Under the pieces are notes generated by a model, which saw nothing but the letters and a program-made list of their open reading frames with translations, made no database searches and was not told the origin of the DNA. Of a stretch of 64,000 bases of DNA, positions 19,297 through 28,055 are shown piece after piece (position 1 is the stretch's first letter; every line of letters begins with the position of its first letter). The stretch comes from Vicinamibacteria bacterium (GTDB lineage Bacteria; Acidobacteriota; Vicinamibacteria; Fen-336; JAGNNV01), in contig JBGATM010000001.1 of NCBI GenBank assembly GCA_044229175.1, forward strand, positions 24,282 to 88,281, read 5' to 3'. Both the position numbers and the translations under genes were made by a program.

Positions 19297-19430
19297 GCGC
19301 CGCGGCCCTGGACTACCGGCCGGAATGAAGCCGGGCGACGAAGCCCGTCAGCCGCGGGTCGCCGGGACGCAGGAAGAGCCGCCGCCGGCCCACGATCGAC
19401 GGGCAATCGCGGGCCAGCGGCGAAATGCGA

Positions 19431-22400
19431 CTAGGGAAGCGGGACCGGACACGCTCCGGCGTTCGGGCCGAGCGCGGTGAAGGGTGTGTTCGTGATTCCG
19501 CTGACGCTGATGTCGTCGATGTCCCAGCCGGGAGCCCCGGTCGACTCGTCGGCGCCGACGCGGAAGCGGATCCGGACGTCCTGATTCGCGTAGGCGGTTC
19601 CGAGGTTCCGGGTCACCGTGGCGAAGTTGGGCCACCCGGTCATGCGGTTGACGAAGGCGGGCCGGCTGGCGCCGATCGGGGCCGAGGTTGAGGCGTTGGT
19701 GGAACCGTTGTAGGCGCCGACGCCGATGTCGACCCAGGTGGCCCCGCCGTCGGTGGTGAGCTCGACCACGCCGCCGTCCCAACCCCCGCCCTCGAATGCG
19801 AAGCGATGGGAGAAGGAGAGAATCAGCGGGTCGGTCCCCACATGCAGGATCGGTGAGACCAGGACCTGCTCGTCGGGAAGGTCGCCCTTCTCGCCATCGG
19901 TCTGCCCGTTGTTGTCCGGTCCCCAGAAGACGTGTCGCGTGGGCGACAGGGCTCGCCGCTGCCAGGCCGCGATATTGGGCGCGGTGGTCGGGTCGCCCAG
20001 GATCGACCAGCCGTGGTTCGCCGACTCGACCGACTCGGTGGACGAGGAAGCCGCGATTTCATCGTAGTTGACGCGGTGGGTCGAAACCACGTTGAAGGCG
20101 CCAGGCAGCCCAAGTTCGGGGGCGTCGATGGACAGGGTGAAGTCGGTCTGGTCCGGGCCGGCCGCGCCGCTCAGGGCCACCTTGATGAATCCCGTGCTCT
20201 CATCGTTCTTCTGGACCGGTGGGAAATGGAGAATGTTCCCCTCGGGGAAGGTGACGAGCGGATTGCTGGACGAGAGCGTGATCGTGACGTGGTTGACGTT
20301 GTTGGGACCCTGGTTCTTGAGGGTGACGGTCAGCCGCCCGGTTTCGCCATTGTCGAGGACGCCGTCATCGCAGGCGCCGTCATCGGTCAGCACCGCGTTC
20401 ACCAGTTCGAGCTGAGACAGTTCCCAGATTCCCCGGCCGTAGGTCGCGATCCGGATGAAACCGCCGTCTGGAGGCATGTAGATGTCGTTCACGCGCACGG
20501 TGGGAAGGCCGTTGCCGTAGGGTTCCCAGCTGTCGCCGCCATCGGTGGTGCGGTAGATCCCCACGTGGGTGGCCGCATAGATCGTGTTCCGCGCGGCGTC
20601 GCGCGGATCGAAGTAGACCCGGGTCACCGGCAGGTCGGGAAGGCCGGTCTGCTTCACCGCGTACGTGGCCGTCGACCACGGGGCGGCCGGACTGGCGATC
20701 GAAGCCTTGATCACCCGGACCGCGCCGGTGGCCTGGGCCACCGAGGTGATCCAGAGGTTCTGGTTGTCCTGCCAGGTCACGTTGGTCACGAAGCCCTGGT
20801 ACCCCGGCACCTTGGTGATGAGGTCGATGTCGGTCCAGGTCGCGCCGCCGTCGGTGGAAACGTCGATGAAACCGCCTCCGGCCCCGACCGCGATCCGGTT
20901 CAGATCGCTGGGGCTGACCCCGAGGTTGTATGGGCTCGAGCGGAAGCGCCGCGCGCTCGGCAGCCCCGGTGAGGTGGGAGCGATGGCGGAAGCGATTCGT
21001 GTCCAGCTGAGGCCGCCGTTGACGCTTCGCCATACCCGCGAGTTCGAGAAGTGGAAGAAGACGCGGCCGCTCGGATCCAGGCTCGCGGGAGCGGGAACGA
21101 TCGCAGTGAAGAAGCCGAAACCCACGTCGCTCAAGCCCGAAGTGGCCGAGGCCCAGTTTTGGAAAACCTCGGGAGGAGTGTTGCTGAGATTCGTCCTCAT
21201 GCTCGAACCCTGCGCGCTGCCGATGACGGTGTTGGTGTTCCCCTGGCTGTATGCCGTCCCCATGCCATCGCCGCCGATCACCTGGTTGTGGATGGTCCCG
21301 TTGTCGGTGCGAAGGCGGGTGCCGTTGTCCTGGGTGCCGCCGATGACCAGATTCGGGAACGCGGGATTGCCGGCGGCGGTGTAGTACAAGTGGGTGGCAA
21401 GACCGTTGTTCTTGTCGCTGCTGAAAGTGACGCCGTTGTCGGTGGTGATGTTGAGGCCGCCGTCGTTGCCCAGGATCACGGTGGGCGTCCCCGTGGTCTT
21501 GAACGCGGCGGCGTGATGGTCGGCGTGCGCGTAGGGGAGGGTGGGGAACTGGCTGTAGAGCCACCAGGTATTGAGGCTCCAGGTTCCCCCGCCATTGGTC
21601 GACTTCGCCGTGGCCAGGTTGCCGCCGATCCAGACAGTGTTGCGGGTGGCGTCCGTGGGATCCACCAGGACCATCTGGTCGTACCAGCACTGACTCTGGC
21701 AGATGTTCATGTTCGGCATCGAAGAGTTGGCATTGGTCGGGATCTTGGTCGAGTTCACGCCGTTCGCCACCCAGGTCTGTCCCCCGTCGGTCGAGCGGTA
21801 GACATCCTTCATCTCGGCGTCGCCCACCGTGCTCGAGTAGGCATAGACGACCGCGTCTCCAGGGACCGCGACCCCTAGCGTGGTTCGGCCGTTGGCGTTG
21901 AACACGCCTCCGGCGTTGCTGATCGGGGCCCAGGTGGCGCCGCGGTCGGTGGACCGGTAGAGGGTGGTCGCGAAAGTGCATCGCAGGCCGACATTGGCCG
22001 TCGCGCAGGGCTGAGCGGAGGCGAGCCACCCCGCGCTGGTGCGCTCGATGCTCCACACCGACTGGCCGGAGAAGACGGCGATGGCGCTGTACGTCCGGCC
22101 CTCGTCCGCCGATCGGTACAAGCCGTTGTCGGTGGCCACGAGCACGATGTCGCGGTTGGTGCTGGTGTCGACCTTCACGTCGCGAACCGAAACCGCATTT
22201 CCCAGTTCGATGATGGGCTCCCAGGAGACCCCGCCGTTTCGGGACTTCGTCATGGCCCCGCCCACCAGGATCTGGTCGTAGGGATCGCCGAGGCCGAGAT
22301 ACAGAGTGTTCGGATTGCTGCCGAAGGCGACCGAACCGCCTCCCGTGGTCGGCAGGTCGTCGGTCAGGACATTCCAGGTGGTGACGCTGGAGGTCCAGTT

Positions 22401-22853
22401 GTTCGTCCGCCAGAGACCGCCGCCCGAAGTCAGGAAATAGACGATGTCCGGATTGGTGGGATGGGGAAGGATGGTGCGGGCGCGGCCGCTGTCGCGCACC
22501 TTGCCGGTGAAGCTCCCGTTCTGCTCGTAATCCGCGCCGGTGGGACCGATGTTGACCCACTTCGGTCCGGGGGCGTTCTTCTTGTCCGAATGCCGCCTCC
22601 CTTCCTTGATCGCGTTCTGGCGGAAGGTGGAAGTGACCACGCCCCAGGCCTGGCGCTGCCATTCCAGTCGGGCGGTGGCATCGTCCTGCTCGGCCCCCCC
22701 TCGGTTGGCCTCCGCCCCGGCCTGGCCGGGAACGGTGCGTTCGGTGGAATCCGCCGGCCGAACTTCCTGGGTTTGCGGCGAGCCGGTTGCAGCGATGCCG
22801 AGGAGGGCGACGCCGAAAACCAAAGATGTCTTCATTGACTGTATTGCTCTCAT
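19431..22853 (-). CDS. Secreted BNR/Asp-box repeat beta-propeller protein with C-terminal lectin/MAM-like domain
   Basis: Start at MRAIQSMKTSLVFGVALLGIAATG, preceded by AGGAG. At least 8 Asp-box repeats (SxDxGxTW: SRNGGVSW, SADEGRTY, STDRGATW, STDGGQTW, STNGGGTW, STDGGATW, TTDGGDSW, TTDGGATW) are present. Length is 1140 aa. Confidence 0.6.
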   Translation of the reverse strand: MRAIQSMKTSLVFGVALLGIAATGSPQTQEVRPADSTERTVPGQAGAEANRGGAEQDDATARLEWQRQAWGVVTSTFRQNAIKEGRRHSDKKNAPGPKWVNIGPTGADYEQNGSFTGKVRDSGRARTILPHPTNPDIVYFLTSGGGLWRTNNWTSSVTTWNVLTDDLPTTGGGSVAFGSNPNTLYLGLGDPYDQILVGGAMTKSRNGGVSWEPIIELGNAVSVRDVKVDTSTNRDIVLVATDNGLYRSADEGRTYSAIAVFSGQSVWSIERTSAGWLASAQPCATANVGLRCTFATTLYRSTDRGATWAPISNAGGVFNANGRTTLGVAVPGDAVVYAYSSTVGDAEMKDVYRSTDGGQTWVANGVNSTKIPTNANSSMPNMNICQSQCWYDQMVLVDPTDATRNTVWIGGNLATAKSTNGGGTWSLNTWWLYSQFPTLPYAHADHHAAAFKTTGTPTVILGNDGGLNITTDNGVTFSSDKNNGLATHLYYTAAGNPAFPNLVIGGTQDNGTRLRTDNGTIHNQVIGGDGMGTAYSQGNTNTVIGSAQGSSMRTNLSNTPPEVFQNWASATSGLSDVGFGFFTAIVPAPASLDPSGRVFFHFSNSRVWRSVNGGLSWTRIASAIAPTSPGLPSARRFRSSPYNLGVSPSDLNRIAVGAGGGFIDVSTDGGATWTDIDLITKVPGYQGFVTNVTWQDNQNLWITSVAQATGAVRVIKASIASPAAPWSTATYAVKQTGLPDLPVTRVYFDPRDAARNTIYAATHVGIYRTTDGGDSWEPYGNGLPTVRVNDIYMPPDGGFIRIATYGRGIWELSQLELVNAVLTDDGACDDGVLDNGETGRLTVTLKNQGPNNVNHVTITLSSSNPLVTFPEGNILHFPPVQKNDESTGFIKVALSGAAGPDQTDFTLSIDAPELGLPGAFNVVSTHRVNYDEIAASSSTESVESANHGWSILGDPTTAPNIAAWQRRALSPTRHVFWGPDNNGQTDGEKGDLPDEQVLVSPILHVGTDPLILSFSHRFAFEGGGWDGGVVELTTDGGATWVDIGVGAYNGSTNASTSAPIGASRPAFVNRMTGWPNFATVTRNLGTAYANQDVRIRFRVGADESTGAPGWDIDDISVSGITNTPFTALGPNAGACPVPLP

Positions 22854-23006
22854 GGGACTCCTCTTGGTGAAGGAATGGGCTGCCTGGAGACGGGGCGACC
22901 ACGGGTCGCAGCCGGCTCGGACTGGATTCTCAACATACGCCGCCCATGAGGGGTCGTCAACGCCGGCGTCCAGGTTCGGGGCGCCGCTCGGCGACACCAA
23001 ACGTGC

Positions 23007-25307
23007 CTAGCGGTTCGCGCGAAGGCCGTTCACGAAACGGACGACCTGCGGGTCGCCGGGACGTAGAGAAAGCAGCGTCTCCGCCCACTTCAAGGCGCGG
23101 TCCTTCTCTCCCTTCTGCGCATAGAAGACGGCGAGGGCATAGGCCACGTTTGGATCCGCGGGGTCGAGGCGTTGCGCCTCGAGGAGGGCCTTCTCGGCGG
23201 ATGCGCTCTGACCCGTCTGCTGCAGGGCGAGGCCGTAGTTGTAGTGAACGCTCGCGCGGTTCGGCAGCAGTTTCGTCGCTTTTCCCAGGGCCTCCGTGGC
23301 CTCTTTCATGCGCTTCTCCTCGGCCAGCAGCAAACCGAGGGAGTACTGAAGCTCCCCGATCTGGGGAAGGCGCTTCAGTCCCTCGGTCAGCACCCGCACC
23401 GCGTCTTCGTTGCGTGAGAGGGCGTTGTACAGGCGGGCGAGATTGGCGCGCGCGGGAGTGAAGTCCGGATCGATCCTGAGGGCCTGGAGGTAGTGCTCCT
23501 CCGCGAGCGTCGGCCGTGCGGTGTTTTCGTAGACCACGGCCAGGTTGAGGTGAGCGCCCGGCATGTCCAGCGCGAAGGTCTGAGTCCCGATGTATTCGGT
23601 CAGAGCCGCCTGGAAGGCCGGACGGGCGCTTTGTCCCAGCTGATCGAGGGGCACGAACGACAGGTTCCTGGCCGCGGTGGTTCGCACGGAGCGGACCGGA
23701 TCGGTGAGGAGCGGGGTCAGAGTCTCGACGCGCTGGGCCACGCTCAGGCCGTCCACGGCATTGGCCGCGGCGGTGCGGACCTCGGCATCGGCGTCTCGGG
23801 CTGCCCCGATCCGCTCGGCGGCTCCGACCACGGGCTCGCCTCTCAGCTGCTCCAGGGCACTCGCGCGCACGATGGCCGGCATGGCCCGGTTGGCAATGAG
23901 CCGGGCCAGCGCCTCATTTCCCGACGGCTGACCCGCGCGCGCCGCCGCGAAGGCCTCGCCGTAGTGCGTTCCCTGCTTGCGCACGGGTCCGTACCACTTG
24001 ACCACGGCGTCGGCGGACCATTGCGCTTTCTTGCCGACGTGGCAGGTCGTGCACGCGTCGGGCACGCCGATCTTCACCGCGAGGTCGGGGCGCGGGATCC
24101 TTATGCTGTGGTCGGGACGGAGCTGAATTCCCATGTAGGCCCGGGCCGGCATGTGGCAGGTGACGCACGAGGCGCCTTTGGAGCCTTCCTTGTGGAAGTG
24201 ATGCTTGGGCGAATCGAAATTCCCGGCCGCACTGGGAAAACTCGGATTCGGATCCGGCTTGTGGCACTGGATGCAGACCTCGTTGCCCGGCAGCCTGAGT
24301 TTGCCGGTGTGGGCGTTGTGGCAGTTCGTACAGGTGACGCCGCGCTGGAACATGAGACTCTGACGGAACGAGCCGTCCACGTACACCTCTTCGAGTTGCT
24401 GGCCGTCGGGGTAGTAGAGCCTGTCGACCAGGAGGCTCGGCAGGTAGTTGTCGAGCACCGGCTCGCCGGGCGCGGGCCGGGGCGTGAGTTCACTGCGCCT
24501 CATATGGCAGGGCGCGCAGAATTCCGTCCTCCGTCGCGCATCCGCGCCGCGGATGTCCACGGTCAGGGCGTGAGGCTCCCGGGGCGGGGACGAGGGCCTC
24601 TGGCCCGCGCCCCTCAGACTCGTCTCCCATTCGACGTGCCGGCTTCCCGGCCCATGGCAGGCCTGGCAGGAGACGTTGTCCTCCGCCCATCGCGACGCGA
24701 AGGTGTCGGTCTTCGGGTCGTAACGTTTCTCATAGTCGGTGGTGTGACAGACGAGGCACATGGTGTTCGCGGTCTGGTACCGGCCGGTCCAGTGCAGGAC
24801 ATCGCCCGGGGGCGCCTTCTCGTTCGGATAGAGGTGGAACCACTTCCGGTTCGGGCCGTCCCACGCGATAGTGAGGGGCTGCAGCCTTCCCCCCGGCATT
24901 TCGATCAGGTACTGCTGCAGGGGCTCGAGGCCGAAGGTGTACTTGATCTGGAAGTCCGAGGGCTTTCCGTTAGCCCCTTCGATGTTCACGAAGAATTTGT
25001 CGCCGCGCTTGAAGAAACGCGCGGTGACGCCCCGGTCGGTGAAGGACGTGTTCTTGAAATCCCCCCGGACCGTCTCTTCCGTGGGCAGGGCCATGGCCTT
25101 CGCGTGGTGAGAGCCCCGCCACTGCCGCGCCTCTTCCTGATGGCAGCCGAGGCAGGCTCCGTTCTCCACGTACGCCGCGGGAACGGGTTGCGGGCCGGGC
25201 GAGGGCGCCGTTCCCTTTCCCCGCTGTAACCACCAGACCGCGGCGCCGGTGAGCACGGCCGCGAATCCGAGGGCGGCGAGGAGCCCCAGGGCGAGTCTTC
25301 GGACCAT
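23007..25307 (-). CDS. Multiheme c-type cytochrome (8 CxxCH) fused to HEAT and TPR repeat domains
   Basis: N-terminal TM/signal, then CLGCH, CLVCH, CQACH, CAPCH, CTNCH, CIQCH, CVTCH and CTTCH. HEAT-like and TPR repeats (AYALAVFYAQKGEKDRALKWAE) follow C-terminally. Length is 766 aa. Confidence 0.75.
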   Translation of the reverse strand: MVRRLALGLLAALGFAAVLTGAAVWWLQRGKGTAPSPGPQPVPAAYVENGACLGCHQEEARQWRGSHHAKAMALPTEETVRGDFKNTSFTDRGVTARFFKRGDKFFVNIEGANGKPSDFQIKYTFGLEPLQQYLIEMPGGRLQPLTIAWDGPNRKWFHLYPNEKAPPGDVLHWTGRYQTANTMCLVCHTTDYEKRYDPKTDTFASRWAEDNVSCQACHGPGSRHVEWETSLRGAGQRPSSPPREPHALTVDIRGADARRRTEFCAPCHMRRSELTPRPAPGEPVLDNYLPSLLVDRLYYPDGQQLEEVYVDGSFRQSLMFQRGVTCTNCHNAHTGKLRLPGNEVCIQCHKPDPNPSFPSAAGNFDSPKHHFHKEGSKGASCVTCHMPARAYMGIQLRPDHSIRIPRPDLAVKIGVPDACTTCHVGKKAQWSADAVVKWYGPVRKQGTHYGEAFAAARAGQPSGNEALARLIANRAMPAIVRASALEQLRGEPVVGAAERIGAARDADAEVRTAAANAVDGLSVAQRVETLTPLLTDPVRSVRTTAARNLSFVPLDQLGQSARPAFQAALTEYIGTQTFALDMPGAHLNLAVVYENTARPTLAEEHYLQALRIDPDFTPARANLARLYNALSRNEDAVRVLTEGLKRLPQIGELQYSLGLLLAEEKRMKEATEALGKATKLLPNRASVHYNYGLALQQTGQSASAEKALLEAQRLDPADPNVAYALAVFYAQKGEKDRALKWAETLLSLRPGDPQVVRFVNGLRANR

Positions 25308-27013
25308 CAGCGACCGACGGCGGCCCCGTCGCGGTCACGACGGTCCGAGGCGCCTTCGAGGAGCCTTTCGGCCTTGTTCCACACGATGCCCTGGGCCACG
25401 CCCTGAGCGAAGGGATTCTCGCCGGTGGCATGGCCCCGCTGGTTCAGGATGGCGAGGGTGTCGGGCGAGACGCCGTTCTTCTCGAACTCGATGCGGTCGG
25501 GCAGCCACTGGTGGTGGAACCGGGGGAAGTCGACCGCGTCCTGGATGTTCATGCCGAAGTCCACGACGTTGAGGATGGTCAGCAGGACGGTGTTGATGAT
25601 GGTCCTTCCGCCCGGCGAGCCGATGACCATGAAGAGATCCCCATCCTTCGCGAGGATGGTGGGCGTCATCGATGACAGCATCCGCTTGCCGGGCTGGGCC
25701 AGATTGGGCTCGGTGCCGATCAGTCCCTTGTCGTCGGTGAGGCCCGGACCGGCGTTGAAGTCGCCCATCTCGTTGTTGAGGAGGAACCCGGCCCCCGGGA
25801 CCACGATCTTCGAGCCGTAGCCCGCTTCGAGGGTGTAGGTCATGGAGACCGCGTTCAGGTCCTGATCGACCACCGACAGATGCGTGGTCTCGTCGCTCTC
25901 CGCCGGCCACTCGAACGTGGTGGGCGTCGACACCGAGGCCTTGTCCTCGCGAATGGTCTTGCGCAGGTCCGTCGCGTATTCCTTCGAGGTCAGGCGCGCG
26001 ATCGGCAGGTTCGGATTGAACGCGGGGTCGCCCAGGTAGCGGGCCCGATCGGCAAAGGCGCGCCGCATGGCCTCGGTGATGCGGTGAATGGTGGCCGCCG
26101 AGCGGGGACCGTCCTTGGCGAGGTCGTAACCCTCGAGCACGTTCAGCATTTCGATGAGCGCGGTCCCGCCCGAGCTGATGGGGGGCATGCTGACCACCTC
26201 GTAGCCGCGGTACGTTCCGATCACGGCCGGCCGCTTCTTCGGCGCGTAGGCTTTGAGGTCCGCCTCCGTGATGAGTCCTCCATTCGCCTTCATCTCCCTG
26301 GCGATGAGCCTCGCGGTCTCGCCCTCGTAGAAGCCGCGCGGTCCTTCAACGGCGATGCGCTGAAGAGTTTCGGCGAGGTCGGGCTGCTTGAGCAGGTCGC
26401 CCATCTCGTAGGGCACGCCGTTGCGCGAGAACTGCGCTATCGAGGCGGGATACTTCTTCATGCGGGGCAGAACGCTCTTGAGCGAGCGGGCCAGGCCGTC
26501 GGTGACGATGAAGCCCTCCCGCGCGAGGACGACCGCGGGCTCCACCAGGCGCCGCCAGGGCATCTTCTTCGAGCCCATCTCCGCCCAGGCCGCGTAGAGG
26601 CCGGCCACCGTCCCGGGCACGCCCACCGCGACGTGGGAATTGTGGTGAAGCTCCGCGTCGTATTTTCCGTCCTTGAGGAACATCTGCGGGTTCGCGAGTG
26701 CCGGTGCGGTCTCCCGGAAGTCGTAGGTGGCGCTCGTTCCATTGGCCAGCCGGTTCACGAGGAAGCCTCCGCCCCCGATGTTCCCCGCGGTGGGATGCAC
26801 CACCGCGAGCGCGAAGGCGGTGGCGACGGCCGCGTCGACCGCGTTGCCGCCGTCCCTGAGCACATCCGCGCCCACCCGCGAGGCGATGACAGATTGCGAC
26901 GCCACCATCCCGCTCCTGGCTCGAACCGGCTGTCCGGCCCGGGCCGACGGCGGCAGAGCCGTGACCCCGAAGGCCGCCACGAGAAGGAGCGATGTGAAGC
27001 GGGACGCGCGCAT
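25307..27013 (-). CDS. ggt: Gamma-glutamyltransferase
   Basis: Signal peptide plus the GGT family core, including the autocatalytic Thr region (TTHLSVVD) and GGF/GSPGG motifs. Its stop overlaps the cytochrome gene start (ATGA). Confidence 0.9.
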   Translation of the reverse strand: MRASRFTSLLLVAAFGVTALPPSARAGQPVRARSGMVASQSVIASRVGADVLRDGGNAVDAAVATAFALAVVHPTAGNIGGGGFLVNRLANGTSATYDFRETAPALANPQMFLKDGKYDAELHHNSHVAVGVPGTVAGLYAAWAEMGSKKMPWRRLVEPAVVLAREGFIVTDGLARSLKSVLPRMKKYPASIAQFSRNGVPYEMGDLLKQPDLAETLQRIAVEGPRGFYEGETARLIAREMKANGGLITEADLKAYAPKKRPAVIGTYRGYEVVSMPPISSGGTALIEMLNVLEGYDLAKDGPRSAATIHRITEAMRRAFADRARYLGDPAFNPNLPIARLTSKEYATDLRKTIREDKASVSTPTTFEWPAESDETTHLSVVDQDLNAVSMTYTLEAGYGSKIVVPGAGFLLNNEMGDFNAGPGLTDDKGLIGTEPNLAQPGKRMLSSMTPTILAKDGDLFMVIGSPGGRTIINTVLLTILNVVDFGMNIQDAVDFPRFHHQWLPDRIEFEKNGVSPDTLAILNQRGHATGENPFAQGVAQGIVWNKAERLLEGASDRRDRDGAAVGR

Positions 27014-27084
27014 GATTCTTTTCCTCCGGAGGGACGCTCCATCTTACGAGCCCCGCGCCCCACCACCGAGCCCGGGCAGCGAGA

Positions 27085-27161
27085 AGTATCCCTCTCACGT
27101 CATTGCGAGGAGCCACTCCGTTTTGCAGTGCGACGAAGCAACCCCCTCTCGCCACTACCAA
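27085..27161. repeat. Dispersed intergenic repeat, copy B (~77 bp)
   Basis: See copy A at 13690. It lies in the divergent region between ggt and the downstream secreted-protein gene. Confidence 0.6.
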
Positions 27162-27189
27162 GCACGCCTCGGCCATTTATCCTCAACCC

Positions 27190-27900
27190 ATGATCCGCCT
27201 CTTCGTCATCCTGGGTGTCCTGCTCGCCGGAGCATCCAAGGCCGCGGCGCAGGAGCCTCCCCCCGCCCAGTGGCTGAGGCTCGATCCCCTGCCGGGGGAG
27301 ATGAAGCTCACCGCGCGCGAGAGTTTCGACGGCGTGCCGCCGCGTTTCGTCCTGCTCACCGACGGCTCGGTCTTCGTGGGGGGGCGCCGGGAGGTGCTGC
27401 GCGGTTTCCTCGACAAGACAGAGATGCAGGCCATCTCCACGCGACTCGACCTGGCGATGAAGTCCGTGGGCCGGGCCTCTCCGCCCACTCTCGTCATGGG
27501 CCAGGGCCCGGGTGAAGGCGAGGGTTCCGCCATCTTCAGGTTCTCGGCGCTGCTCGGTGCGCCCCTGCAGGTCGTGGTTATGGGCAGGCTCCCTCCGGCG
27601 GGCGGTCCGGCCCTGATGCCCCTGCCCGATTTCATCCGCTATCTCGTGGGGTTTCGCCATCCTTCGCTCAAGCCCTGGGATCCCTCCGAGTTCACGATGA
27701 TGGTCCGCGAGAAGACGCTGACGGGAGGCTGCCGCGCCCCGAAGGGGCTTCCTTCCCTCGCCCAGGCCGTGGGCGTGGAGACCACGGTATCCGAGAGGCT
27801 GACCCGGAGCTTCCCCACCGGCCCCGACATGACTCAGGTGTGCGAAGGTTCCAGGCGATACACGGTGGTGTTCAGGCCCCTCATCCCCGGGGGCCGCTAG
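27190..27900 (+). CDS. Hypothetical secreted protein
   Basis: Start at MIRLFVILGVLLAGASKAAAQEP (signal peptide). I recognise no family. Length is 236 aa. Confidence 0.5.
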   Translation: MIRLFVILGVLLAGASKAAAQEPPPAQWLRLDPLPGEMKLTARESFDGVPPRFVLLTDGSVFVGGRREVLRGFLDKTEMQAISTRLDLAMKSVGRASPPTLVMGQGPGEGEGSAIFRFSALLGAPLQVVVMGRLPPAGGPALMPLPDFIRYLVGFRHPSLKPWDPSEFTMMVREKTLTGGCRAPKGLPSLAQAVGVETTVSERLTRSFPTGPDMTQVCEGSRRYTVVFRPLIPGGR

Positions 27901-28055
27901 AACGTTCATGGCGACTGAATCGAACCTCGAGGTTTTCTAGTCATGGCCCGGTCCCCGGCCTGTGCCTCCTCGGCGCGGTCTACTTCACGTTCCGCTCGTA
28001 GCGGGCCCGAAGTGGCGGGCGAGTAGACTCCCCATCCCCTCCCGTCGAGGGTCGT

